DNA from: Spirochaetota bacterium | GTDB lineage: Bacteria > Spirochaetota > UBA12135 > COTS27 > CBDBHE01 | Direction: 5' to 3' | Assembly (NCBI GenBank): GCA_965205605.1 | Contig: CBDBHE010000006.1 | Span: forward strand, 192,001-256,000 | Length of the DNA: 64,000 nt | Shown: positions 18,289 to 28,078 of the stretch, piece after piece | Layout of the letters: every line of letters begins with the position of its first letter | Position numbering within the stretch: position 1 is the first letter of the stretch | The notes under the pieces: model-generated | What the model was told of the DNA's origin: nothing | Database searches by the model: none | The model's input: the letters and a program-made list of their open reading frames with translations, nothing else | Made by a program: the position numbers and the translations under genes

Positions 18289-19950
18289 TTGAAAATTGCT
18301 TTAGCTCAAGTGAATCCTATTGTAGGGGACCTTGATGGTAACTTAAATCTAATCACTCAAACAATCAAACAAGCTTTAAATAATAAAGCGAGATTGATTG
18401 TTTTTCCCGAGCTTTGTCTTATAGGGTATCCTCCAAAAGACCTTTTGTTTGATGTTGTTTTTTTAAAAAAAGCTGAGGAAACTCTTTTTAAGCTTGTCAA
18501 AAAAATAGAAGACTTGTATGTTTTAATTGGGACGATTTGGGTTTCAAAAAAAAAAGAAAAAAGACAAATTTTTAATACAGCGGTTCTTATTTATCAAAAA
18601 AAAATCATTCAAAAAATCTCTAAGAGACGACTTCCTAATTATGATGTGTTTGATGAAAAACGTTATTTTTCGATCCCGCGAGATCGTTTTCCTGAAAGCA
18701 ATTTTATAAGCCTTGAACAGGAAAAATTTTTAGTGACAATTTGTGAAGATATTTGGGAGCCTTCTTTACTACCTTCTTATATTCAGTATGAAAATTTTTT
18801 AAATCAATTTTCTAAAGAAAACAAAAATCTAAGTGGGATTATTAATCTAGCGGCGTCTCCTTTTTATGTTGGGAAGCTAGAAGAGAGAGAGATTTCTGCT
18901 AAAAGTTTTGCTTGTTATTTCAAAAGCCCTCTTTATTATGTCAATCAAGTCGGCGGACATGATGATCTTATTTTTGATGGTTCTAGCTTTATAATGAATG
19001 AGAAGGGAGAAATCACCCAAGAGCTTGCTTCTTTTAAACAAGCGTTATTTTGTACAGAATTAAAGCAAGTCAAAAAAACTCGAGTTAAAAAAAACCCAAT
19101 GGCTTTAATCGAAGAAGCTCTTGTTTTAGGGTTAAGAGATTATATGAAAAAATGTTTTTTTAAAACAGCGTTGATTGGCTTGAGCGGAGGGATTGATTCG
19201 GCGATGGTAGCGGTGATTGCGAAAAAATCTTTGGGAGCTGAAAATGTTTTTTGTGTTGCGATGCCTTCTCGTTTTTCAAGTAAGGGTTCTCTTTTAGATG
19301 CTAAAAAACTAGCAACAAATTTAAATGTTTCTTTTGAAGTTATTTCAATAGAACCTACTTTTAAAGCCTTATTAAACTCACTTAAAACTAATTTTAAAAA
19401 AACCCCTTTTGGCTTAGCAGAAGAAAATCTTCAAGCAAGGACTAGAGGCACGATCTTAATGGCTCTTTCAAATAAGTGGAATCACCTTCTTTTAGCAACA
19501 GGTAATAAAAGCGAATTTTCAGTCGGCTATAGTACTCTTTATGGTGATATGAATGGAGGACTTTGTCCTTTAGGAGATTTGTTTAAAACAAAAGTGTATC
19601 AATTAGCTGCTTATATCAATGAAAAAGAAGAAATCATCCCAAATGTTATCTTGAAAAAAGCACCCTCCGCTGAATTACGTTCTAATCAAAAAGATACTGA
19701 TACTTTGCCTGCTTATGAGGTTTTAGATCGTTTTTTAGAAGCTTATTTAGAAAAAGGTGCTTGTAAACAAGAGCTTGTAAAGATGGGTTTTGATCAGCAA
19801 ATAATTGAACAAGTGTTATTTCAAATCCATCGTAATGAATATAAACGTAATCAAGCTCCTCCTATTTTAAAAATCACTCCAAAGTCTTTTGGTTTTGGTA
19901 GGCGGTTGCTGATTTCTAAAAACTGGCAAAATCTTTTTAAAGATGAATGA
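18289..19950 (+). CDS. nadE: Glutamine-dependent NAD+ synthetase
   Basis: Nitrilase-like domain (FPEL, ICEDIW) plus SGGIDS, ENLQAR, TGNKSE, YSTLYGD and PSAEL; TTG start. Confidence 0.95.
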   Translation: MKIALAQVNPIVGDLDGNLNLITQTIKQALNNKARLIVFPELCLIGYPPKDLLFDVVFLKKAEETLFKLVKKIEDLYVLIGTIWVSKKKEKRQIFNTAVLIYQKKIIQKISKRRLPNYDVFDEKRYFSIPRDRFPESNFISLEQEKFLVTICEDIWEPSLLPSYIQYENFLNQFSKENKNLSGIINLAASPFYVGKLEEREISAKSFACYFKSPLYYVNQVGGHDDLIFDGSSFIMNEKGEITQELASFKQALFCTELKQVKKTRVKKNPMALIEEALVLGLRDYMKKCFFKTALIGLSGGIDSAMVAVIAKKSLGAENVFCVAMPSRFSSKGSLLDAKKLATNLNVSFEVISIEPTFKALLNSLKTNFKKTPFGLAEENLQARTRGTILMALSNKWNHLLLATGNKSEFSVGYSTLYGDMNGGLCPLGDLFKTKVYQLAAYINEKEEIIPNVILKKAPSAELRSNQKDTDTLPAYEVLDRFLEAYLEKGACKQELVKMGFDQQIIEQVLFQIHRNEYKRNQAPPILKITPKSFGFGRRLLISKNWQNLFKDE

Positions 19951-20009
19951 AAATTTTTTAGAAATCTATTTTTAATCCTTTAATCAAATAAACAGATTAT
20001 AATTTTGAT

Positions 20010-20711
20010 ATGGTGTTTTTTAATAAGATATTTTTTATTCTTATCCTTACTTTTTTATTTTCTTTTGTTTCTCCTTCTTTTGAAGAAGGAGAAAAATTAT
20101 ATTTAAAAGAAGATTACAAACAATCAAAAAAATTGCTTTTAAATGTTTTAAGTACTAATCCTTCCCACCAAAAAGCCCATTTCTATATCGCTAATATTTT
20201 TGTTTTAGAAAAAGACTATGGGGGAGCTAATGGGTATTATCAAAAACTCATTAAGCTTAATAATAAAAATCCTACTTACTATAGTTATTATGCTCATTTA
20301 AAGTTGAAACAAAAAGAGTATGATGTCGCAGAAGCTTTTTATCAAAAAGCACTTTCTATAGCACCTACTTATTATATTTGTTTTGAAGGGCTCTCTCATG
20401 TCTATTTTAATCAAAAAAAATACTCTAAAACAGCTGATATGCTTGAAACTTTATTAAAAATAAAGCCAGATCACCCCAAAAAATTGATGATCACTTTAAT
20501 CATCGAGCGCCTTAGGCGAAAAGTAGGATCAGGGGGAGAAAAAAAAGGTTTTGGTGCTCAATCAGGGGGAAGTGGTCGCCCTGGAGGTGGGGGAGAAGGG
20601 CTGGAAGATTTGTCCCTTGATGATCTTGATTTGGGATTAGGGGGAGGGGCAGACTCTAAAAGTGAAGACTCTATTAAAGATATTGAAATTGATCTTGGAA
20701 TTATTGATTAA
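20010..20711 (+). CDS. Exported TPR protein with Gly-rich linker and acidic tail
   Basis: Signal peptide, about four TPR repeats, GGSGRPGGGG linker, D/E/L-rich C-terminus. Confidence 0.75.
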   Translation: MVFFNKIFFILILTFLFSFVSPSFEEGEKLYLKEDYKQSKKLLLNVLSTNPSHQKAHFYIANIFVLEKDYGGANGYYQKLIKLNNKNPTYYSYYAHLKLKQKEYDVAEAFYQKALSIAPTYYICFEGLSHVYFNQKKYSKTADMLETLLKIKPDHPKKLMITLIIERLRRKVGSGGEKKGFGAQSGGSGRPGGGGEGLEDLSLDDLDLGLGGGADSKSEDSIKDIEIDLGIID

Positions 20712-20742
20712 GTTGGGTTTAAAAAAAGAGAAACCATTTTTT

Positions 20743-22476
20743 TTAAATACGAGCTTGGTAAGTATAAAGTGTATGATATCTTCCTTTTTTTTCCATGAGC
20801 TCTTTGTGTTTTCCATTTTCTACAATCGTTCCTTTTTCAATCACTAAAATTTGATCAGCATTTAAGATAGTGCTCAACCTATGAGCAATAACGATAGTGG
20901 TACAATTTTTCATAAGATTTTTAAGACTTTTTTGAATGTATTTTTCGCTTTCATTATCTAAACTGGAGGTGGCTTCATCTAAAATAAGAATTTTAGGGTT
21001 GGCTAACATGGCTCTCCCAATAGAGATTCGTTGTCTTTGTCCTCCAGAGAGCTTTACTCCTCTTTCACCGATAATCGTCTGAAGTCCTTTTTTGAACTTA
21101 GCAGAAAATTCATCAATATAAGCTAGCTTAACCACTTTTTCCAAGTCTTGTTTAGACGCTTTAGGATTGCTATAAAGAAGGTTTTCTTTCAAAGTCCCAT
21201 CAAAAAGAAAATCATCTTGCAACACGACTCCTAAATTTTTTCGGTAACTTTTTAAATCAACACTATTTAAATCTTTACCATCAACTAAAACCTTCCCAGA
21301 TTGCACTTTTAAAAAAGAAGCCACTAAACTAGCAATCGTTGTTTTCCCAGAGCCAGAGCTTCCAACTAAAGCAACGGTTGTATTGGCTTTGGCCTCAAAG
21401 GAAATGTTTTTTATAATAGGGGTGTCTTTTTCATAGGCAAAAGAAACTTTATTAAAAATAATGCTTCCTTTTAAAGAATTGAAAATATGAGTTCTATTTT
21501 TTTCCTGAGCTTCAGTGGGAAGAGATAGGATTTTTTCCATATGATCAATTCCAGCAAAAGCTTCGGTAATTTGAGTCCCTATATTAGACATTTGAATAAT
21601 AGGGGCCCCTAAAAACCCTAAATAAAGAATGTATGAAAAAAAATCACCAATAGACATCGTTCCTTCAATAATTTGATGCCCTCCAATAAGCATTATCATC
21701 GAAGTCACAATTCCTATTAAAAAAGTAGAGCTCATCATCACAAAGGCTTGAGTCACTAATGTTTTTTTAACATTAAAAAAAATACGTTCTGCTCCTTTGG
21801 CAAAAATTTCTTGTTCTTTTTTTTCAGTGTTAAATCCTTTAATGATTTTAATCCCCCCAAGACCTTCAGTTAGCCTCCCTGTTACTTCAGCATTAATTTT
21901 ATTTCGTTTACGAAAAACAGGTCTGACTTTAGAAAAAGCAAAAATCATAATCACCCCAAAACAACTAATAAAAAAAACAGAGATAATGGTTAAAAGAGGC
22001 TGGATAAAAATTAAAATGCATAGCGCTAAAATAGCGGTTAAAATCCCTCCTATTAGTTGCACAAATCCTGTCCCAATCAGATTTCGAATCCCTTCAACAT
22101 CATTCATAATTCTCGATACAAGCTCTCCGGATTTATTTTTATTAAAAAAATCAATCGGAAGTTTGATGACATGATTGTGAATTTGACAACGAAGCTTATA
22201 AATCACTTGGTGAGCTTCAACACTTAAAATTTTTGTTAAAAAAAAAGAAGTCGTTCCTTGAACAAAAACAGCGGTAATAACAAAGCTAATCAGTTTCCAA
22301 AGCATTTCAATGTTTTTTTCACTAATCACATTGTCAATCAAAAACTTAATCGAACCAGGAAGCACTAAACCTGCTAAACGACTAATGATGATTAAAATGA
22401 GCCCTAATAACAAGAGCCATCGCCTGGGCCAAAGTAATTTTTTGAAAATATATAAAAATGTTATTTTTTGTTCCAT
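20743..22476 (-). CDS. ABC exporter, fused permease/ATP-binding (MsbA/Sav1866-like)
   Basis: TM domain plus GSSGSGKT, LSGGQRQR, DEATSSLD and IAHRL. Confidence 0.92.
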   Translation of the reverse strand: MEQKITFLYIFKKLLWPRRWLLLLGLILIIISRLAGLVLPGSIKFLIDNVISEKNIEMLWKLISFVITAVFVQGTTSFFLTKILSVEAHQVIYKLRCQIHNHVIKLPIDFFNKNKSGELVSRIMNDVEGIRNLIGTGFVQLIGGILTAILALCILIFIQPLLTIISVFFISCFGVIMIFAFSKVRPVFRKRNKINAEVTGRLTEGLGGIKIIKGFNTEKKEQEIFAKGAERIFFNVKKTLVTQAFVMMSSTFLIGIVTSMIMLIGGHQIIEGTMSIGDFFSYILYLGFLGAPIIQMSNIGTQITEAFAGIDHMEKILSLPTEAQEKNRTHIFNSLKGSIIFNKVSFAYEKDTPIIKNISFEAKANTTVALVGSSGSGKTTIASLVASFLKVQSGKVLVDGKDLNSVDLKSYRKNLGVVLQDDFLFDGTLKENLLYSNPKASKQDLEKVVKLAYIDEFSAKFKKGLQTIIGERGVKLSGGQRQRISIGRAMLANPKILILDEATSSLDNESEKYIQKSLKNLMKNCTTIVIAHRLSTILNADQILVIEKGTIVENGKHKELMEKKGRYHTLYTYQARI

Positions 22477-22515
22477 CGAATCCTTCTTTTTAAACTTATT
22501 TAAACTAGAAAAAAT

Positions 22516-22881
22516 TTAATTTTCTGCAATTTTTTTTTTGTAACCTTCTAGTGAAAACAAATCATTTGTTTGAAAAGAAGAATTAATTTTCACTTTGACA
22601 AGCCATCCATGATCTTCAGGAGACTCGTTTACTTTTTCAGGATTTTTTAATAAAGTCTGGTTAATTTCCACAATACTGCCATCAATAGGAGCATAAATAT
22701 CACTAGCAGCTTTAACAGATTCAATTGACATAAAAACTTCATCTTTTTTTAGTGTCTTTCCTATTTCTGGGAAATCAATATACACCACATCAGAAAGTTC
22801 CCCTTGAGCGTGATTTGATATTCCGATAGTTGCTAAATCTTTTTGGATTTTAACCCATTCATGTGTTTTTGAGTAAAGCAT
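22516..22881 (-). CDS. gcvH: Glycine cleavage system H protein
   Basis: YSKTHEW, ESVKAASD lipoyl-Lys motif, GWL. Likely start is ATG at 22881. Confidence 0.95.
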   Translation of the reverse strand: MLYSKTHEWVKIQKDLATIGISNHAQGELSDVVYIDFPEIGKTLKKDEVFMSIESVKAASDIYAPIDGSIVEINQTLLKNPEKVNESPEDHGWLVKVKINSSFQTNDLFSLEGYKKKIAEN

Positions 22882-22974
22882 TTTTATTGAGTTATTATTA
22901 TAAAGTAAATATGAAGTAAAAAAAAGCAACTTTATTTAAAAGGTTATTTTTCTTTATAAAATATAAGAAGTTAT

Positions 22975-24042
22975 TCAAACAAATTTTCTTTTGTGTTTAG
23001 TTGCTTTTAGTAATTTTTTTTTTGATTCAATCCAAAATATTGGGTCACAATATGTCTTTGAAATAAATGCTAGTCCAATGCTTTTTTTAAGTATTGGAGA
23101 ATACACACCGCTTGTTACAGATCCGATTATGTTTTTTTTTTTATCATAAATCTTGCTTTGGTGTCTTGCAATGCCTCTTTCTTCAATTATAAAGCCATTT
23201 AAGCTCTTGCGAATGCCTTTTTTTTTAATATCTATGAGCGCTTTTTTTCCAATAAAGTCTTCTTTTCTAAGATCAACGGTCCATTCTAAACCGGCTTCTA
23301 TAGGGTTAATGTCTTCATTAATTTCGTGTCCATACAGTGAAAACCCTTTCTCTAGCCTCAAGCAATCTCTCGCCCCTAGTCCACAAGGAATGGCTCCGTT
23401 TTCAATAAAAGATTTAAATAAAGAAGTAGCCATTTTATTTGGAATCATGCATTCAATCCCGTCTTCTCCTGTATACCCCGTTTTAGAAATAAGACAACTT
23501 TTATTTTGATAAGAAGCTTCTATAAAAGAAAAAGGTTTTAAGGCATCAAAAACCCCTTTTAAAATACGATCACTCACTTTTTTACTTTCTTTTCCTTGAA
23601 GGGCAATAAGAGAATACTCATTTGAATGATTAACAACATTTAGAGTTTTACTAAAGGAATTGGCTTTTTCTTTAATCCAATTAAAATCTTTTTCAATATT
23701 ACAAGCATTAACGATGAGTATTGCTTCTTCTTCATTTTTTAGATAAATCATGACGTCATCGATGATGGTTGCATTTTCGTAAAGCAATAATGTATAAATT
23801 GTTTTTTGAAGAGTAATTTTAGACATGTTGTTTGCAATCAGATAATTTAAAAAAGTAATGGTCCCCTTGCCATCAATAAAAATATTGCCCATATGAGAAC
23901 AATCAAAAACACCCACTCCTTGACGAACACTTAAATGTTCTTTGATAATAGAGGTGTATTGAATAGGCAAAGACCACCCTGCAAAATCAATCATTGTCCC
24001 ATTGAGCTTAAGGTGAGTTTCAAATAAAGCTGTTTTTTTCAT
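22975..24042 (-). CDS. gcvT: Glycine cleavage system aminomethyltransferase T
   Basis: FAGW, EHLSVR, DCSHMG, TGYTGEDG and GLGARDCLRLE motifs. Confidence 0.95.
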   Translation of the reverse strand: MKKTALFETHLKLNGTMIDFAGWSLPIQYTSIIKEHLSVRQGVGVFDCSHMGNIFIDGKGTITFLNYLIANNMSKITLQKTIYTLLLYENATIIDDVMIYLKNEEEAILIVNACNIEKDFNWIKEKANSFSKTLNVVNHSNEYSLIALQGKESKKVSDRILKGVFDALKPFSFIEASYQNKSCLISKTGYTGEDGIECMIPNKMATSLFKSFIENGAIPCGLGARDCLRLEKGFSLYGHEINEDINPIEAGLEWTVDLRKEDFIGKKALIDIKKKGIRKSLNGFIIEERGIARHQSKIYDKKKNIIGSVTSGVYSPILKKSIGLAFISKTYCDPIFWIESKKKLLKATKHKRKFV

Positions 24043-24164
24043 TAATTTTTTTTTTAGAAAAAAAATCTGTTTTAGTTTTGATAAATAAAAGAGTATTTTC
24101 TCTTACAATTTTTTTTCATTATATAATGTGAAATAATTTTAATTAAATACTTAACGATTTACAT

Positions 24165-24743
24165 TTGAAAAAACATTTTTTACTTTGTTCTTTTATTTTA
24201 ATTTTGGCCTTAGGCTGTGATAAAAAACCTTACAGAACTTATCAAGAAATTTCCTCTTTAAAAAAATCAAAAGAAGCATTAAGTGATCAAATAGATTCTT
24301 TAAAAAATCAAACCGGTGGATCTGCTCAAGGTATTTCTTGGAGAGCTTCTGTTAATTGGGTTGAAAAACAAGCAACGGGGTTTCGTATAGGTTCTTTTGA
24401 AAGCCAACAAAAATTAGATGTTAGTATTATTACTTTTCCAGGGGATGCAGGGGGAGTTTTACAAAATGTTAAAAGATGGCTTGGTCAGATAGGGTTTAAT
24501 CCTTCAAAAAAAGAGTTAGGCCTTTTTTTAGAGACTGTCATCACTAAAAAAAATAAACAAGGACTTTCTTATCATTTTGTTAGTAGTCTTTCTTTAGGGA
24601 AGGAACAACATTTTTTAGGGGCTATTTTTTTTGTAAAAACAAAAACAATTTTTGTTAAAATGACTGGAAACAAACCATTAATTGAAAAAGATAAAGAAGA
24701 TTTTTTAATGTTTTGTGACTCTATCGCTTATCAAGAAAAATAA
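24165..24743 (+). CDS. Putative lipoprotein associated with the cytochrome c maturation cluster
   Basis: Lipobox LALGC; FPGDAGG..NVKRW.GQ and FVKMTG motifs; first gene of the resB-ccsA cluster. Confidence 0.7.
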   Translation: MKKHFLLCSFILILALGCDKKPYRTYQEISSLKKSKEALSDQIDSLKNQTGGSAQGISWRASVNWVEKQATGFRIGSFESQQKLDVSIITFPGDAGGVLQNVKRWLGQIGFNPSKKELGLFLETVITKKNKQGLSYHFVSSLSLGKEQHFLGAIFFVKTKTIFVKMTGNKPLIEKDKEDFLMFCDSIAYQEK

Positions 24744-24761
24744 AAAAAAATAACTGAAACT

Positions 24762-25955
24762 TTGAAACAAAAAAATAGGAATTTAAAACAACTCATTAAG
24801 CGCCTAGCTTCGCTTAAAATAACGGTTGTCTGTTTGATTTTATTTTTCATTCTAACGGCTTGGGGGACAGTCTACCAAGTAGAAAATGGTTTGTATCAAG
24901 CACAAAAACGTTTTTTTAATTCTTGGGTTTTTCTAAATTTTTCTTGGTTACCCTTTCCGGGGGCGCAAGCGATTATTTGGGTGCTTTCGATCAATCTTTT
25001 TTGTGCAGCTCTGCTTTTAAAATTTAAATTTAAACTTAGAAAAATAGGAATTCTTTTTATTCATTATGGGCTTATTTTACTTTTATTAAGTTCTTTTTTT
25101 TCTTATTACTATTCTAAAGAATCTTTTTTACCCTTGTATGAAGGTTCGTTTTCAAATCTTTCTAAAGACTATAGAAAATGGGAATTAGTTTGTTGGCGAG
25201 AAACACAAGATTCTAAAAAACAAATCTATGCTTATGCTTTGGATGGCATTAAAAAAGAAGAAATTATTTCTTTTGATTCTTTAAACCTTAAAATAATGGC
25301 AAATGCTTATTTTAAAAATAGTCTTTTGACACAAAATAAGGTTTCAGAAAATGCTTTACCTGGGTTGTTTCATCAAAAAATAACCAATCAAGCAACTTTT
25401 ATCAGTAAATTAAAACCTCTCCCTCCTCCAAAAGATCCAATGGAAGCTTTACCAGGATTTTTAGGGGATATTGTTTTACCTAGTGGGGAAAATGTTAATA
25501 TTGTTCTTTGGGGAGGGAATGAGAACCCTTCTAAAATTAATTTTGAAAATGAGACTTTTTATTTTAAATTAAGACGAAAAAGTTATTTACTTCCTGTTGT
25601 TGTTAAGCTTTTAGAATTTAAAAAAGAAACTTATCAAGGCACAGAGATTCCAAAAAGTTATGAAAGCCTTGTGGAAGTGACAGAAAATAAAATTAATCGA
25701 AAAGTAAAAATCTTTATGAATAATCCTTTTAGAAAAAATGATTTCACTTTTTATCAGTCTTCTTTTTCAGTTGATGCCTTAGGAAGAGAACAATCTATTT
25801 TTGCTGTTGTTAAAAACAAAACAAGACTTTTTCCTTATATTTCAAGTTTGCTTATTTCTTTAGGACTTTTAATTCATTTTTTAACAGAATTTATTAGAAG
25901 AACTTTTTTGAAAAAAAAAGATCTTCTAGAAAAAAAAGGAAATCATGAAAGATGA
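24762..25955 (+). CDS. ResB/CcsB-like cytochrome c biogenesis protein
   Basis: LASLKITV, GTVYQ, IHYG, PKSYES and MNNP....FTFYQSS motifs. Confidence 0.8.
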   Translation: MKQKNRNLKQLIKRLASLKITVVCLILFFILTAWGTVYQVENGLYQAQKRFFNSWVFLNFSWLPFPGAQAIIWVLSINLFCAALLLKFKFKLRKIGILFIHYGLILLLLSSFFSYYYSKESFLPLYEGSFSNLSKDYRKWELVCWRETQDSKKQIYAYALDGIKKEEIISFDSLNLKIMANAYFKNSLLTQNKVSENALPGLFHQKITNQATFISKLKPLPPPKDPMEALPGFLGDIVLPSGENVNIVLWGGNENPSKINFENETFYFKLRRKSYLLPVVVKLLEFKKETYQGTEIPKSYESLVEVTENKINRKVKIFMNNPFRKNDFTFYQSSFSVDALGREQSIFAVVKNKTRLFPYISSLLISLGLLIHFLTEFIRRTFLKKKDLLEKKGNHER

Positions 25956-27859
25956 TTTTTAAAAAAATGGCTTTTTTTTTATGGAGTTTAATTTTGATAA
26001 GCTTGTTTACTTTGTATGAAAGACCTGTTTTTTCACAGAGTTTTTCTAACATCAATTTAAATAAGTTTAAAAGCTTGATTGTGCATGAAGGGGGTAGGTT
26101 GAAACCAATGGATACACTTGCTAAAACAACGCTTGTGAGTTTTAGTGGTCGTTCTCGTTATAAAGGGGAGTTGGCTATTAGTTGGTTTGCTCGTCTTGTT
26201 TTTTTACCAGAGACAACAGGGGGTGATAAGGTTTTTCGTATTAATCATCCAGGGATTCTTGATGCGTTGTCTTTGAAAAAAGAAAAAAGGCATCGTTATA
26301 GTTTGAAACAAATGATTCCTTCTTATAATGAATTGGTAAGACTAGTGGGACTTGTTTTTGAAAAAGAGGAAGAACAGAGAGATATTGTTGAAAAAGAAAT
26401 GATTAGACTTTATGGTAACTTGCAAAGATATTTAAGTTTTACTAGTAGTTTTTCATTTACCAAAAACTTTTATTTTCCAGCTTTAGAAGATGAAGTTATT
26501 CAAAAAAAGATTGGCTTTTCTAAAGAATTAAAAGCAAATGTTTTGTATTTGGATTTATTTTCAAACCATCAAGTAACGTTTTTGAAAATGTTAAGGAAAT
26601 ATCAAAATAAAAAGGAATCAAGTTTTACTCAACAAGATTGGCGTTTGCTTTCTTTTTTAGTCAATTATTTTGGGATTCAAAAAAATGCAACTCAAGCTAA
26701 TTTTTTAAAAATCATTCCTTCCAAGCATGTTAATTTGGAATGGTTTGCTCCTTGGCAAGTGTTGAGCTCTGGGATTTCAGAAAGTGAAGATCTTTTACAG
26801 AGACTTAATCAAGTGGCAAATGCTTACCGAAAAGGAAATCAACAAGATTTTGATACAGCTTTAATAAAGTTTAAAAATGATGTTTTAAGTAAAACAGAAA
26901 TAAAAAAAGGACTGGCAAAAAGAAATTATTTAGAAGTTTTTTATAATCGATTAAATCCTTTTGGTTATGCAAAATTGTTTTATTTTTTGTCTTTAATGAG
27001 TCTTTTTTTTTCTTTTTTAAAGTTAAAAAAAGTTTTTTCTTGGGTTTCTTTAGTGAGTTTAGTATTAGGTTTTGGGATTCATTTTTTTGGGATGGGACTT
27101 CGAGCTTTGATTACAGAGAGACCACCTATTTCAAATCTTTTTGATACGTTTGTTTTTGTTTCTATAATGACGGTTGTTTTAGGCTTTGTGGTAGAGTTTT
27201 TAAATAAAGAAAGGCTAGGGCTTATTTGTGCTAGTATAGGGGGATTGATTCTTTTGCTAATTTCGGGAAGGTTTGCTGCTGAAGGAGATACTATGGGAGT
27301 TTTGGTTGCTGTTTTAAGAAGTAATTTTTGGCTTTTAACCCATGTAATTGCTATTAATTTGGGTTATTCAGGGATTATTTTTTCGGGTTTAGTGGCTCAT
27401 TTTTATCTTTTTTTTCTTCTTCAAAAGAAAAACAATCCAGAAAAAGAAAGGCATTTTTTTCGTTTTATTTATGGGATTCAAGGATTTGGATTATTATTTA
27501 CATTTTTAGGGACTATTTTAGGTGGGATTTGGGCAGATCAATCTTGGGGACGTTTTTGGGGATGGGATCCAAAAGAAAATGGAGCTCTTTTAATTGTGAT
27601 TTGGAGTGCAATTTTATTTCATGCAAAAATGGGAGGTATCATTGGTAATTTAGGGTTTGCAGCGGGAGCTGTTTTTAATATTATTGTTGTTATTCTTGCC
27701 TGGTTTGGAATTAATCTTTTAGGGGTAGGGCTACATTCTTATGGTTTTACTTCGGGATTAGGCTTTGGGGTTTTTGCTTATATTGGGTTGCAACTGAGTC
27801 TTCTTTTCTTTCTTCTTTATTTGATTTTTAGAAACAAAGAGAAGCAGATTTCTTCTTAA
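25952..27859 (+). CDS. ccsA: Cytochrome c biogenesis protein CcsA/ResC (system II) with a large N-terminal soluble domain
   Basis: GRLKPMDT, WLLTHV, WWD motif WADQSWGRFWGWDPKE and GLHSY. Confidence 0.9.
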   Translation: MIFKKMAFFLWSLILISLFTLYERPVFSQSFSNINLNKFKSLIVHEGGRLKPMDTLAKTTLVSFSGRSRYKGELAISWFARLVFLPETTGGDKVFRINHPGILDALSLKKEKRHRYSLKQMIPSYNELVRLVGLVFEKEEEQRDIVEKEMIRLYGNLQRYLSFTSSFSFTKNFYFPALEDEVIQKKIGFSKELKANVLYLDLFSNHQVTFLKMLRKYQNKKESSFTQQDWRLLSFLVNYFGIQKNATQANFLKIIPSKHVNLEWFAPWQVLSSGISESEDLLQRLNQVANAYRKGNQQDFDTALIKFKNDVLSKTEIKKGLAKRNYLEVFYNRLNPFGYAKLFYFLSLMSLFFSFLKLKKVFSWVSLVSLVLGFGIHFFGMGLRALITERPPISNLFDTFVFVSIMTVVLGFVVEFLNKERLGLICASIGGLILLLISGRFAAEGDTMGVLVAVLRSNFWLLTHVIAINLGYSGIIFSGLVAHFYLFFLLQKKNNPEKERHFFRFIYGIQGFGLLFTFLGTILGGIWADQSWGRFWGWDPKENGALLIVIWSAILFHAKMGGIIGNLGFAAGAVFNIIVVILAWFGINLLGVGLHSYGFTSGLGFGVFAYIGLQLSLLFFLLYLIFRNKEKQISS

Positions 27860-27908
27860 AAAGAAGATTTTTTTTTATCAATAAGCATTCGGGTTGTTTT
27901 CTTTTTGA

Positions 27909-27937
27909 TTGACTTTTTTTTAAAAAAAAGTTAGGAT
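27909..27937 (+). promoter_or_regulatory. Putative sigma70 promoter of nusA-infB-rbfA
   Basis: TTGACT-N17-TAGGAT; the spacer is part of a perfect 20-bp palindrome AC-T8-A8-GT (27912-27931). Confidence 0.5.
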
Positions 27938-28078
27938 AATAGAAGTTTTTTCTATTGCTTTTTCCAAAGGATTTTGTAAAATAATCAATTTTATTTTTTT
28001 GATAAAATTGAAATTGAAATGATTTTGAAATAACATAGTGAAAAAAAAGTTTGAATTTTATAAGGGATTAATACTACA

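Noticed and set aside
24043-24164. Glycine riboswitch upstream of gcvT
   Set aside because: Short AT-rich spacer without the conserved aptamer motifs.
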